Source: Chrysomallon squamiferum
Lineage: Eukaryota; Animalia; Mollusca
Reading direction: 5' to 3'
NCBI GenBank assembly: GCA_012295275.1
Contig: CM022665.1
Location: 1,798,001 to 1,862,000 of the forward strand
DNA: 64,000 nt
A program made the translations under genes and the position numbers. This document shows positions 29,221 through 44,600 of the stretch, piece after piece. Below the pieces are notes generated by a model. It worked only from the letters and a program-made list of their open reading frames with translations. It was not told where the DNA came from and did not search any database. Position 1 is the first letter of the stretch; every line of letters begins with the position of its first letter.

Positions 29221-30644
29221 ATTTTTTTATGTTATTAACATTCTTTGACAGCAGTTTTTCTTCTTGTACACTGACTGTTTTTTTGCACTGGTGGAGAAAC
29301 TCATTTCAGATGACTTTGTTCAGCAAGTGTTATGGTTGATCCTGAGGCAGTAACTACAGTGTTTAGTTATTATTCTGGTACAAACATCCACTTCTCTGCT
29401 TGTCCACACTAATGTGTGGCAATTTTATTATAGTAGTCTTCACAGTGCAGTCTGACAATTAGAATGCAAATAACTCTCTTGTCATTTAAAATGTGTTTGA
29501 TTTTTTTTTTTACAACACTTATTTATTTGTTTAATTATATTATGATTAAAATTAAAAGATTTTGTTTTCAGAAATATTAGTTTATTGTTATTGAATTTTT
29601 GTTATTTATTTTATACTTCTATTACTTCACACACTCCTACTACTACTACTGATATATTATTATACACAGTTGAAACTGAATTTTTAAAATATGGAAAGAA
29701 AAAAATTACATAATTTACACTTTATGAACTGTCTTCAGACTAAAGTTCCCTGCTCTCCACCACCCACAGAGGGAGAAAGTACATGTATCAGTGCTGTCAG
29801 TGCAGTTTAGATGAAGTGATTACAAGTTGTAATGCAGCCCCAGCCAATCCAGTATTGAGAGTGACAAAGTTATGATCCAGGTTCTGTTTGGAGACAAATT
29901 TAAATTGAAGCTGTGACAGTTGGATTGGCTGTTTCCATTAATTGTGACAATTTGATTACTGTGATTGCTGTTGAGAGCAGCAAGAGTTTATTTGTTGACC
30001 CCACACTGACCATTGTACTGGCTCAATCAGTGACAACTGACCACATTGACTGACCACAGATATAAAATAAATATAAAAACTGTCCTTGCATGTCTCGTTA
30101 TCAACTAGTTATAGTGGTCAAATCATCAGTCTGAAGGCTGGGGGATAATGAGATCACTTACTCTGTATATCCTGCTTTAATTTAATACATTAGTATGTTC
30201 AGAAAAAACCCAAGTAGATTTTAAAATTTCCTTATCAATTTTTATTATTTTAATTTATTAAAGCCATCTAAATAAATAAATAAGTTGTATCATATATATA
30301 TATACATTCATGCACTGACTCAAACACACACACACACTAACATTCCTTCAGATAAATGAGCAATAATTTATGTGTATGAGATGCCAGACTGTGACAGGGT
30401 TTTCATCACTAAACAGTAGTAAGAGAATGTGATTCAGCATGTATGTATGTATCAGACAGACGTCTATCTACAGAAACACAAACAGTTTTATCAGAGCCTC
30501 ATGAACTTGCTAATATCATTTTGTTAATGTTTTTATAATTTTATATTTGTGTCTTTGCAAAGCTTTGTGATATGTGAACTTTTATGAGTCACAGCATAGC
30601 TTGATACAAAGCTGGCATTTACAACATATTCATAAGTTCCTTTA

Positions 30645-30681
<37 letters not shown>

Positions 30682-31129
30682 ATACATAAATTTATTTATT
30701 TATTTCTTATCTTTTTCATACAAAACAAAGAAAAAACCACAATCCAAAAAAAAAGGAATGATTTTTTTTTTTTTTTTTAAATATATATATCCATTTTTTT
30801 AATAAATTGTAAAGGTGAACCTAAAATGGCAAGAGGGTTTGCACTTTTCTGCTGTATTTTAACATTTGAAGAATGAGATAGTTTTCAGATCAAGTGAACT
30901 GAAAAGTGAATGTTGATTTTTATCTCTCCTCCTCCCTTCCTTCTGTCAACACATACTGTCTGCTATTTCCCATTCCAAATATGTTTACATGACTGTCACA
31001 ATGAACATAGTGTGTTCGTGTCCCAGATCTAAAAGGAGAATTGTTGAACATGTTGTTTGTGTTGTTGTGTTATTTTAAATCACATTTATCAAAATCTATA
31101 CCTTGAGTTAAATCTGATGAAAATGATCC

Positions 31130-31175
<46 letters not shown>

Positions 31176-33029
31176 GATGTTTTATTTGGGTTACATTTTA
31201 AAAACAAAGGAAAAAGAGATTTTGTTGTTGTTGTTGTTGTTGTTTTATCTTGATTTGTTTTTGTTGGGTTTTTTCAGTGGTGCCTGATTATCTAAAATGA
31301 GATGTTATTTCAACTTAAGGTTTTGTGACCACTATTAATGCATAAAACTGTCTACCACAAAGCTGCAGAGAAAGTGTTTGCACAATGTCTCATTGTTAAT
31401 CCAGTTACCTAGACAAACACAACACACAACTATTCACACACATTTAGCAGCACTCTGCTGGCGCAAAGGTTTAGTTTAGCTCTTTTACAAATCATTTCCC
31501 AAGATCACGTCTGATTACAAAGTTTACAATAGTTGGCTTTATATATTTCATAAAGGCGTATGCATGTTGTTTTTCTCAAACAGGCTATACACAAGATAAG
31601 ATCAAATGTACAGTTAAACACAGGTTATTACAGGTTGTTTTGTTTTTTTTCCTTAACTTTGTTTTTAAACTCTTTAGAAAAAAAAGGAGAAAGTTTTGCA
31701 ACATAGAACTTACGTGATTTTGTATTCGACTGTTATTTCACTTTTTTAAATTAACCCTGTCATTACTGCAGAAAGAAGTTGATTGTTTCATATTTTAAAG
31801 GTTTAAATTTTGTATAATGTACATTCATTTTATTTTTTGTATTTTTCTCATGAATATTCTTATCAAAAAAAAATTACTGGCTTGTTGGATTTTGTAAGTT
31901 TATGTTAATGATGATATTTTTATTTATTTATCTTATTAAAAGAATTTTTCTTAAAAGATGTATTGTGTTACATGTTCAGTAATAAACGTCAGTAGAATAA
32001 GATTTTACAGCATTTTGAATAGAACAGGGAAATAGTATATATAACTTAATCACATGATTTCTCTGCGTGAAGTTTCAAATATTCCTTTTCAAGTCTGGCA
32101 ATCACTGTTTATTAAAATCACAGGTAACAAGTCATTCATTGTTTTTACAAGTACATGTACTTCGGTATGTTTCTTCTGTATTTGACAGGTGTTTTATGGG
32201 AGAAATGACAATAATTATACAACAGGAATGAATCAATGACATGAGAAACAAGATTATTTTGTCAACCATAATTTATTGTCAGTCTTTACAACATCACACC
32301 ATGATTCTATTCTTCAGTGTGAATTGTTTTATTCAGTGTATTTCCCATTCTAGCTAACATTTCTGTGTAAAAAAAATCTTTTGATCGCAGCTAATCATTA
32401 AAGTGTTTCCATGAAGTCTCACAGCACTTTTCTTGATTCTAACTTCACAAAAAAAATAATTGTAACCAAAAACAACATCTATGAAGAATTGTTAAATAAT
32501 ATTACCTATTTGACAGGCTTTATTATAAATCAGTTTTCATTCACACATGTTTAAACATCAAACTTGATTCTGCAAAGTGTTTAGTTGACTCAAAATTACT
32601 TACAGCTTTTAAAGTTCATGAGATTGATTTACATTCATCGGATTACAGGTAATTTTCTTTGTGTTTTCTGCTGTCAGAGGTATATAAACCCAGTTGTTTG
32701 TTAGTGAATTTAATACACTAAGGAAATTATATATGTTTTACTTATCAAGCTGTAACAGCTTGTCTACAAGATTTTGTTTGTAGATAAAACATCTTTCTCA
32801 ATTGATCGTTCCTTCTTGTAAATCAAACGTAAATTAATTTAGTTTTTAGTTTTTCAGTTTTCTTTAATGATATAGTTATTTAGCATGAAGTATTGTTATT
32901 ATCACTTAATGAGAAAATAAACACCATTAAGATTTCCAGGTTTATATAATACAAGTGTAGTTTATTGGTGAGCATGCAGAGCGAGGATCTATCCTCCTTG
33001 CAGGACAGTTTATGCAATTTGTTTTTTTG

Positions 33030-33155
33030 TATATGCATTCTGTCTGTGGGAAGGAATATATGTAAAAGATCCCTTGCTGACATTACACATACTTCATACA
33101 ACTGTAGATTAAAACTGCTGAGTCTCACTAAATAAAACATTTTTTCTTTCTTTCT
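33030..33155 (+). mobile_element. Decayed SINE-like fragment (core and 3' end)
   Basis: tctgtctgtgggaagg..taaaagatcccttgctg followed by ..aaataaaacattttttctttc tail; resembles a gastropod SINE consensus from memory. Confidence 0.5.
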
Positions 33156-35559
33156 GTTGTACACATTTTTTATATCTCTTGCCATGTTATTCATAATGTT
33201 TCTATTCCTTTTTTTCTTTTCTGTTTTTTTTTTGGGGGGTTTACAGTGTGATCTGTGAATTATTCTCAGCTTCAGTAAACTTAAATATTTTCTTCATACT
33301 AAAAGTCACTTTAATGTCATGATCTTCACATAAAAAAAAAAAAATCCTTTTTCAGATGTGAAATATGTAAAAAATTAATACAGCATTTGTGTTTCTCACT
33401 CAAGTCAGAAGGCATGCTTTTTATTTGGGAGTTAGTTTCCTCCATGTTTGTTATTTTGTTTTGTTTTAAATGTTATTAAGTAACCAGAAAACAAAAAAGA
33501 AAAGAAAAGAAAAGAAGAAGGTCAAAGTAAAGTGATAAAAAAAAAAAAACAGTAATTGAAAAACTTTTGTTAAAAAACCATGGGGAAAGTAAAAATGATC
33601 TGTTTTATACATTATTAGAAACTGACCCTACATCACCTGTAAAACTGATTAAATCCCATTATACCTGGTGGGGAAAAAAGCCCAAGGTAAAGACACATTA
33701 TATCAGCTGTGACAGGCTGACTTTTGATTTATGCCAGGTTTCTGTGGACTAATGATATGGATCACCTTGTTGCTAGCCCCTCATGTTGAGCTTCAGTGCA
33801 GACAGACATGTATATTTATCTGAACGGCTTTTTCACCTCCACGCTCAGTTTTACTGTTATTGTCCCTCACACATGTTCTTTTCTAAATCTGTCTGGAGCT
33901 CATGGGTGTGTGTTGTGTTTTTTTATCAGATCTTCACCTATCAGACTGCACTGTGCTGATCTAAACCTATTCACTCACATTGTGCTGATCTTGCAAAGAA
34001 GTAATATTGCAGCTTTGATCACTGGAAAGTCTGAATGCTGATTAACTCTGTGCATTTGTGTTGGATTAAGGTTTTTGCAGGTAATTCATTTTGGAGGATT
34101 TAGGAAGTGAGGGAGGCCAGAGAAATAAGTTGCATATAATTAAATAGTGGATGAAGTCTGGGTGGGTCTATGCAATGAATCATCATGGAAACAGAGTAAG
34201 ATAAAACAGCCATTATTGCTCAGTTCAGTGATATAATTAATTCATCTCAGTATGCAATTGTCATTTTGCAGTTAAACTTACTGAAAGAGCTTCAAAGCTG
34301 GGATTTCAGAACTTTTGTCATCTGATTACTAAACTTGTGTTTCCCTTTCAAACTGTTACTGCTTTTAGATAAGTCAGTTTTATAGAGTGAAAATAGTGTT
34401 ACGTGAATGTCCCTCACTTCACATTCTTCATGGTCTAGTTTATCTCTCCTGGGTTTATGACTGTCTGGACTTTATAAAGTTTTATCTTTCTCACAGTCAT
34501 TAGTCAATAACGATGACATCAAAGGAATCATGTTAATGGATTTTCCATAGTGTGTTATGAAATACTGACTTGTAGCTTTACAACACTTGGGCTTTGTGTT
34601 TAACTTTTTTTTTTTTTTTTTGGATTGCTAGAAATTATTATTTTTTTTTAAATCTTATACTTTGGATTGTTTCTAAATTGGTTTGTGCTCCAATTTGTTT
34701 GTTTGGAGAGGAATGTTTACAGACTGACTTTTCATTCTTGGTGGACACTCAGTGTGTGTGTTTAAGCTGGAAGGATTGTTTTTTCAAAGTGAATGGTCTG
34801 TGTTATTTACTGTAGAACCAAACATGAACAAGTCCAAATAATTGAACATTTGCTTCTGGTTTCTCTCTGACCATTTTGGTTTTTTCAGCTGAACTCACAC
34901 GGATGTTGCATGCAGTATCAATTTCAGAGGAATTGGTCAGTGGAAGGCCTGGCTGACCAACTGGTGCTGCAGTGTGTTTGTGTGTTCTATTGAATGTGAC
35001 ATGCTCACAGCCAGGTAGAAACATTAAGTACTCCAGATGGAGAATTTTACATCCAGGCAGGAATTCCACCATTGTAAAAAGGAATTTTGATGATTACAAT
35101 ATTTTTTGTTTCATTTCTTGACCTTTAACTTATATTTTTAAACCTTAATGTTATAAATGATTTAAACTGCAGATCTGTAACATTTTGCCAGTTTGACAAT
35201 GTAAAAGTAATTGCCGGTACAAAATATAAATTATATGTTTGATCAGTACTAACACATTCAAGTGAAGACTGATGTGAGATTTGTTTGCTAACAATCACCT
35301 CACACCTACTTCTGATTAGACAAGGCAAGCACTCAGAAAAACTGAATGGAATTTAAAATTCTATCTACAGGGCTGATTTACACAGGCTTATCTTTATAAC
35401 TGCACTGCTGATGAGATGTAAACCTTGATGATTTATTCCTGAGTGGTCAGGCTGTACTGAAGTAACAAATTATGACCACCAATATGAAGACAAGACCAGT
35501 GGAGATATGACCATCCTTCTTGTGAATGAAGGAGTGTACTGAATATTTACCTTATCACC

Positions 35560-36370
35560 TACAAAATATATATAAAGATAGGATAAAACACCACAGCAAT
35601 CGGATTCCAAGAACGACCTGTTGGAACCTTTATCTTGTATCTCGGAGATAAAACTCTGTGTGGATATTTTTGAAGATTTTACTCAGCAGTTGTTCTAACC
35701 TTCGACAGAACATTTAGAACTTTCTTGGGACAACAGAATTATGCTGTGTTTCATAATTGATCCATTTTATTTATTTTTTTCGGTTGATTTTCGCTTCCAA
35801 GTTCGACTCACATTCCAGTTATAAAGACATAGTGTGTGAAGATAGTGTAAATGTGTGAGAGAACAGTGCTGCGTGTTATCTAGCAATTGTCTGAGAAGCT
35901 GTTTTATTTAGTGAATGGAGAGGAGGGGAAATGGACCCAGCTAACATAAACTATCATGTCTTGTTTATTCTTCAACACAGCTTGTTTTTTGTGTGCTGCA
36001 ACAAAGTTGATCATTCATGATCTTACTGCAATATCCCAGAACTTTATTCTTAGTGTTTCATCTGATTAAATATTCTGACAACAAAAAACAAGAGTTATTT
36101 TAAAGACTCAGTTCCTTCAGTGTTGTGACTTACTCAGAAGATGTATGACGTCTGATTTTATGTTTTTCTTATAATGCTCACAAACTATTCACTCAGAGAA
36201 ATAAGAAATATTTTCATTTAGCACAGAAGTGATTTACTCATGGTGATTAAAAAGATAATTTTGTTTTGAGGTGGTTATTCAGTGCCACAGATAAATGGCA
36301 AGTAATTCAGTTAAGTGATGTTGTGAATGTTTCACACGACCAAAACCAACTGACTCTGAACACTGGCACC
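35560..36370 (+). promoter_or_regulatory. Putative internal promoter and 5' UTR of the 36371 isoform
   Basis: TATAAA at 35571, then 8 CpGs counted in 35601-35873 in an otherwise CpG-poor window; microsatellite-free run up to the Kozak ATG. Confidence 0.4.
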
Positions 36371-36557
36371 ATGGCAGAGAAGTACAAGAGGAGTAAATAC
36401 TTCGTGTGTGAGAATGACTATGACTCTGATTCTTCTTGTAATGATTCTCTCTCACAACTTCATTCACACGATGTGATGTCGGCAAACAGCAGAGTTCAAC
36501 AACTGCACAATCAGAGTATAAACAACCGCAACTCCCTCTGCTGGGACGAGTTCTTTG
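36371..36557 (+). CDS. Alternative first coding exon ([22 protein letters not shown]...LCWDEFF-G)
   Basis: Strong Kozak gcaccATGG; 62 codons of non-repetitive protein-like sequence. Donor G|gtagga in phase 1 joins 42459 to give GGA (Gly). Confidence 0.7.
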
Positions 36558-37187
36558 GTAGGATTAGACTTTAATTCAGTATTTTATATTTGTTAAAACA
36601 ATAACAATAATAATAATAATAATAATAATAACAGTAATAACAATAATAATAATAATAACAACAACAGTAACAATAATAATGTAATTATAATAATAATAAT
36701 AACAATAATAATAATAATAATATAATAATAATATAACTATAATAATAATAACAAAGACAATAGCTGTAACAACAGCAATAACAATAATAATTATACATTA
36801 AGAAAGTAAATAAATCAGAAACAGTGAAAAGAAGAAAAATTTGTATTATTTTAACCAAATATACATAAACAAAATGCAGCTAACAATTCATTATGTTCAC
36901 TTCTAATTTACTAACAATCTCTTTTTCATTTATCTCTCATTCATTATTTCTTGCCATGATTTTCCTCTGACTTTCAGTGACCCACGGATATTTCTAATTT
37001 GAATTGCATGTATTTTCATTAAAAACAAATAACTTTACTCAGATGAAAAAGCTAGTAGAGTTGACCTGTGACATACTGGTAAATTAGAAAACTGAACCTA
37101 ATTCATTAACATGTAATTACTTTTAGATTTATTTCTGTCTAACAGGTCAGTGGTATTGTAAATCAGATGTGTACTGGACAGACTGTA

Positions 37188-37233
<46 letters not shown>

Positions 37234-37381
37234 TGTTTGGCTAGTAATAAACTGAATTACAAATATCAAAAGAAATAAAAATGTGTTTATATAATTTATT
37301 ATCTTCTGGATGTATGTTTGTATTGTCTGTGTTTTTATATTGCTGTTGTGTTTTATTTGTTTATTTGTTTCTTTGGTTTTC

Positions 37382-37413
<32 letters not shown>

Positions 37414-40400
37414 TTATTATTATTATTTTTTTTTTTTTTTTTTTTTTTTTTTATTTATTTATATATTTATTTTTTATTTATTTATTGTTTTGTTTTGTGT
37501 TGTTTTATTGTTAATTTATTTATTTTTTTATTTTTTTTTTTTTTTTTTTTTAGGTAAATATATATGTGAGTAGGCTTGTTTGGTTAGTAATAAATATCAG
37601 AAGAAAAAAATATAGTTTAATGGCTGTTTTATAAATTTCAGTATTAAATAAAATATATGCTGATTATCATGATTATCTTTGAAATACATAATAAAAACAA
37701 CAACAGCTGAGTTCATGTTTGAACAGGAAAAAAACGTGATCATCAAAAATGCATTTAAGCTCACCAGGTTTGTTTAATTTCATGTGTATATATTTTTTTT
37801 TTGACAGCAATGTTTTCAGTCATCTGATAGTCATTAATTTAATTTTGTCTGTTATGAAAGTTAATGTATTTCTGACAACTCTTGTTTACTTTTCTAATAT
37901 ACTATAAAGTGTTCAAGGAAACATTTAGGGGCAAAAAATATTAAACATTCTGTCGACATATATTTTCTGTGTATGTGTTTGTTTGAATCTCAGGACGTGT
38001 GCCAATTTAAAACATTCTGACATTGACTTAAAAAGTAGAACTAGTTTATCAGAGAACTATGTGTGGTTTTTTTTATACATGTGTGTAGATGTTTCACAAG
38101 GCTGTTTAGATAGATAACACTGATTAATGTTCACTGACAGAAGTAAATATTGAGTTAACTGTTTCATGCTAATGTCTCAAACAGACATTTGTAACAGCTG
38201 AATATTCATACATTTGTATCTCAGCATGTATGATCGTTATGTGATGTAACTGCTAATTTATTTATAACACACAGGGCTCATGTTAGGCTACATGTAATGG
38301 TAAAAGGGTCTTGCTAACTATGGGCACTGACAAAAGCAGAACCTGTTTTTACAGAGCTCTTGTAAGTTGTATGTAACTCGTAGGACTAGAATGATTGTAC
38401 TGAACATGACAGTTTCAGTGTTAACATGTTTCTGACATGAAAACTGTGTTATATATGTTTGTCTAGATTTTTAATTACTTCTTATCACTGACATAGCAGA
38501 TATCAAAAACAGTGACCTGAAAAAAAGACAACATGCACACACACACAGAGAAACACATTCATACAATATACATGCAAACATAGCTGTAGATGTGTAAGCA
38601 AAAATGATTCATCAGCTGCAAAAGATTCTTTACAGTCAGATGATGAAAACTTAGAATTCTTTTTTTTTTTTTTTTTTTAAATATAATTTCTTCAACACTG
38701 AGATCCTCATATCAAAGATGTTTTTCTTTTTCCTCAAATTAGACAAATCATTTTCAGTCTGACAAACTGGAGAAATAACCTTTCTCATGTTAGCAGTTCT
38801 GTTTCTGTTTGTCTTCTCAGTGAAAGACAAGCACGTTGTACATTTGGCATGCTGTTGTCTGATGCTGCTGCTGATGTGTGCGAGGTTGTGTGAAACTCCT
38901 CACTCAGATCACTCTGCTCAAACAGATACAACACTTCTCAGCAAACTTTGAAACAAACAGTTTTAAAAACTGAACAAACAAACAAAAAAATAAATAGATA
39001 AAAAAAATAATGAAAGAAAAAAACAAAATAAAATAAAAATAGAAACCTAACAAAAATAACCCACAGAAAACAAATGGTTTTCAAAAAGTCCATGGATATC
39101 ATCTAATCTGTAAAAAAAAAAAAAAATTTATCTTTAATTCTTTCTTATCTTCTTTCATTCTTTCCCATCATTGTCTCTTCTTTCTCTCTCAGTTTTTCTC
39201 CTCTGACTAAATATTTTTTTTTATCTTAGTTGTTAGAGATAGATGCATGTTATTTATACAAATTCATTATCATATACTTATCATAACTATACATGACTTC
39301 AGTCAAACACAAAATCTATTGTCTTTCTTTTATTCTTTAAATTTGTATTTCTTTGTTATTTTTGTTGTTGTTGTGTGTGTGACTTGTTGTGTACAATTGA
39401 TGATGTTATTATTAACATATTCATTTTTAGCATTTTTCTCTCAAGCTTCAGTTTTTTGGGGGTTTTTTCTTCTTTTTTTTCGTTTTTTTTTTTTTTTTTT
39501 TTCGTTTTTTTTTTCCATATCTTTTCAGATATGTGGTCAGGTATTTATATCACAAATGACTTATTTTTATAACACAAACACTGTGTTGCTGTTAGCGTTT
39601 AAGCAATATGCTGGCTCTAAGACACTGATTTCTAAGTGCAGTAATTTTATAAACACACAAGTTAAGACAGTTTTGTTTTCTTTAGCATCATGAGCCTGAT
39701 CTCCATGTTGCCAGATTAGACAAGAAAGATAACAGCTGGCTTACCACAGTGCTGTGGTCTCAGCTTTTTTACATGCTTCATGCTTTTTACCTTTTGTCTT
39801 CTGTGTGCCAAGAATTCATAGCATGTTTGAATATTCACAAAGAAACAAAAAAAGTAAATAAAAAGAAATGGAAGAACAGAGGAAATAATAATAACAGTGA
39901 TCATAAAAATATCGATATAGCAACAACAGCAATAATAAAAACAATAATAATAAAAAAAAGAACAACAACAACAATAATTTTTATTTATTGTTTTATATAT
40001 ATGTTGACACACACACACAAACATCCATACATACATGTACACATATTAATATTAAAAGCCTGTATCTATATTTATATATATGCTTTGATGATTGTTTGTT
40101 CAAATAAAGACTTTACACTAGGAAATATTTAGAATCTAAGATTAACTGATCACTGAGGACACATAGTTTATAAGTGAGTCAGTAATGTATGTAAGTAAAA
40201 CACAAGTCTTCTTTCACCTGTCATTAAACATTGTGTACTATCTGGTCAGTTCATTCTCTTAAAACTGTATATTTGTTTTTCTTTTTGAAGAAATGGGTTC
40301 TTAGAAAGTATAAAACACATTTTTGAATTAAAAAGCACACAAAGACATTAATTTTATAAATATGAATGTACTAATCATTGTTTATATATTATTTCAGTTT

Positions 40401-40769
40401 CAGTGTATTGTTTTCGATTGGAAATCTAACCCCATACATCTAAATAATTTTGCCAGAAATATCACAGTACACGCAAACTAGATACATATTTGTTGTATAT
40501 GTTGTATCGGGAAACTTAAGTGTTTTGTAAAACACTTAATATTTTTATGTCAGTGTTTTATTATTTAAATCTGGGAGTGTAAGATATGATTAATACTCGC
40601 AGTAGACTCTTCAAAAAGAACAAATCTGAAGTATTTGACTTAGACACTTAAACACTGATGTTTGTTTGAGAGCTTACTGGTAAGGTGCTTATCACATTCC
40701 TGCTTCATTACAGTGGATTTTTTGTGCTTTTTAGTAATAAGTTGTCCACCTGCAGAATTTGATATTAAC

Positions 40770-40821
<52 letters not shown>

Positions 40822-41052
40822 TGGGGTTGGTTGGGTGTGTCTCAATGTGTGTGTAGATGTTGGGGTTGGTGGGGAAAAGAGATTAATAGAGGAGATACAT
40901 GGAGAGTATACACAATGTAAGAAGAAAATTATTGTGTACATGAAAGATAGAAAGACTGTAAATGTATGGATGGAGTCTGTAGTTTGTTATTATTATTACT
41001 TCTTGGTAATATATGTCATTATCTGTGATTATTATTATTGTGCTTGTTGTTG

Positions 41053-41090
<38 letters not shown>

Positions 41091-41581
41091 TCTATTTTCA
41101 TTATTATTGTAATTGTCATTTTTCAAAACATTAAGATTAAGGTGGAGAAAATTTTTATCAACTCATTTATTATTTAAACTTGATACGTAAACATTACAGA
41201 TAAAACATAATACATATTTTTTTATTTTATAAACCAGAACATCCCCTTCAAGCTGGTTTTATCTTCTTAGGTTACTGCAAAGGTCAGCCCATAATGTGTT
41301 TTCTTACATTTATGTTAGATTTCAGTTTAAAAATAATAACCATCAAAAAAAACCTGGCCAACAAACAAAAATAGTCATCCCGCCCTTTCCTGTGATCCCT
41401 TTTGATTACATGATTAAGAGGTGGGAGGGTGGTCCTAGCTTCTCTGATAATTTTGTTTTATTTCAGAGAAAACTGTGTAAATTGGCACGTCGCATCACTC
41501 AACTGTCATTGTTCATTAACTCTGATTTTCACTGATGTTAATGTGGTGTTATGTTATACTGATAATGTAGAATAGATTTAC

Positions 41582-41657
<76 letters not shown>

Positions 41658-44600
41658 AGACAGGAGAAAAAGATATATATATATTTTGTTTACTTAAAAT
41701 GTTTCACATATTTCATGGATAGTACAGTCCAAGGCTTTTTATAATGTTTCTGTTGAATAATTATGGATTTAAAAAATAATTTTAAAATATACAGAACCAA
41801 ATCCATGAACAAAGAGAAAGAAAAAAAACACAAAAAAAAAAAAAAAAAAAGCTAAAAAACCACACTATTATTATAAAAAGTCAAGCACTGTGAATAATTT
41901 TGAAAGAAAATAGTGAAAAGAAAACGATAATTAAGAGAAACAGCCTCACTGAAGGAAGTCATTAAAGCAGTGTGTTTAGGCCTGACAAAAACAATGTCTC
42001 ATTGTCAGAGAGCTGGGTGTAAACACAGATAACTGAAACTTCTCTTCTTTCATGTCACATCTCACAATGTATCCTAAACATGTCACTGCTTTTCATTCTC
42101 TCATGTGCATCAGGCTTAAAAACTAAATAAATTTTATAAACCTGCAGTTTAAATATGATAGTTGTCCTTTAATTCATTTTGTTTAAGATCTTTTTAATGT
42201 GAAATGAATTTATGTACAAACTACATACAATTTTGATGATGCCACATTTTAAATTTTTCTTTTTTCTCTTTGTGTTAAAAACATATATTATTTTATTTTT
42301 GTACTGTATTTTAAAGTCCTGGTAATTGTTATATAACAAGACTTTCATCAATTTTTAAATTTATTTATTTATTTATTTATTTATTTATTTTTTTATTTGT
42401 TGTAGTTGTTGTTGTTAAAACAATGCAATATTTAGTATTCATTTATCTTCTATTTTAGGATCTTCACTGGACCTGGCACCATCATTGCTGAAAATCTACG
42501 ACAGTATAGCAGCAGGAAACAGCCCAGCAGATACTGCAGTTCTGTCTAAGTCTGATGGGAAATCCAAATCCAAATCTCTGCCTGCTTCATCTTCACCAAG
42601 AGAAGCCAAACCTTCAGTCTTCAGTACCCATAACAAAGAAAGACCCAAAACCATGATTGACTCTGCAGCAGACCAAGTTGACACAGCAGACACAAAGAAA
42701 CGTCCCCTCAGTATTAGTTCATCATCATCGGCATCATCATCATCACTGACCAGACATCAGCGGAAACGCCCCAATTTAACAATCTGTGATGAACATCACA
42801 AGATGAACGATAGCAAAGAGGATAAGAACAACAGCTGTCATGAAGATGTCAATGGAAATACTACAGTCAGTGAAATGGAATATGAGACGTCGGGAAATGA
42901 CAACACTCTGATGGAAACTGCTAAGTCAGTGCATTCTAATTCTGACAGTGGATGTCAAGATAATTCTGTTTGTTCTAGACAAGAGAAGGTGTCAAAATGT
43001 TCAAAACAGCAACACGGAGGATCAGTATCACCCAAAGATCCTGTGAAAACCTCGGTCAGTTCTCAAATCAAAACTAAATCTGCAACTTTGCCCAGTCCTA
43101 GTTCAGTGAAAGACTGTGAGGGACTGTATGACCTTGCTCCAACCTCCACCCCTTCCAGTCCCAAGTCTTCCACTGCAAGCAGAGACATCTCATCCACATC
43201 TTCCACAGGCAGCTGTAAACCTCACTATGTTAGCTATGTGCAGAGAGTCGTGTCAGAAATCATCGATTCGGAAAGGATTTATGTCAAGAGTCTGGAAGAT
43301 ATCATACAGGTAATGTCTTCCTAATGCATACATCTAACCACTGATTTGCTTTCCATTAGACATTTCACTTTGATTTGCTTTAATTTAATTTAGAGCAGTT
43401 TAGATACTTTCTGTTCACCTGCTGCTGTCAATGGTTTGGATTCCTGAATTATGTTAGGACAAAGAGTATTTAGAAACACATCAATTTATCTAACTCTACT
43501 ATTTTTGTTAAAAGCAAAATCGGTAATATCAGTTAGTGGTTATATTAATTATATATTACTACTAAATACACTGTACTTTAATTTTAGTAATATCTGTTAA
43601 TTAAAATGTTTAATTAGCTACCATATTAATTACTGACAATAAAAAAGTTTACTTGATGTGATTTTATTAATAAATTTGTTACACACTTCAACATGAGTGT
43701 TTCTGAATATTCATGAGATTTGCTTTAACCAACTGTTTTCAGCTTTTTAATATTATCAGTGGATTTACAAAATCACAGCCCTATTCTTATAAGCCTCTAA
43801 ATCGCAAGCAGCAATAAAAAAATAACAAATTTTAATCCTATGATAAAAGAACTTGTTAACAAAAGATTTTTTTTTGGTGTTTACATATTTGCTTCTGCAG
43901 CTGTGCCTAAATGGCTGGGTTTTGTAGTTTGATATTCTTTATGTGAAATTTCAACTTGTTTAACAGATTATTGGTTTCCTTCCTCTTTACTAACATTACA
44001 AAATAAATCTGTACTAGAATTAAATACTAGAGTATAGAATAACTGAATTATTCTTCTTATTTCTTTGTCCTTTTTTTTTTTTTCTTCTTTTTTCTGAAAA
44101 ATAAAAAATATAAAGAAGAAAGAATTATAAACCAATAGAAATAAATAACAAAAAGGGAAAAAAACGCAATCCAAGAAAAATTATTTTTAAGAATTATCTT
44201 GACAAATAACACATGTATTTCCTGAATTATTTATATTTAAATGCCATATACATTATAATAATGCAATAACAATTTAGCATTGTAATACCAAGATGCTGAT
44301 GAGTGTAAGCTGTTATAAAGATTAGTGACAAGTTCCAGATGTGTCTTGATTTAAATGTACCTTGTGTTTAAATATCAGTGTAGCTGTGACTTGGAACCAG
44401 ACCATTTCATCTGTAATTATAAGTGTAATTAAAACACAGAATGATCACTTCTAACCTCAGCAATACAGGCATGGCAGACAGCAGGAATAAGTGTCCCAGA
44501 GGCCCATACATTTATTTTTTAAATAATAGGCCTAATAATAAAAAATAAATTACACATTTAACATAAAATTAATAATATTATTCTAGGTAACATTAGATTA

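Noticed and set aside
32618-32648. ATG..CAG|gtaatt phase-1 candidate first exon (MRLIYIHRITG)
   Set aside because: Only 10 codons; indistinguishable from background.
34035-34080. ATG..CAG|gtaatt phase-1 candidate first exon (MLINSVHLCWIKVFAG)
   Set aside because: Short, with no compositional support. Such candidates arise by chance, which also tempers confidence in the 8956 and 15251 candidates.
36266-36370. Extension of the 36371 exon upstream as an internal exon (cag acceptor at 36290)
   Set aside because: Phase would fit, but there is no pyrimidine tract, while ATG 36371 has a strong Kozak context; left as a minor possibility.
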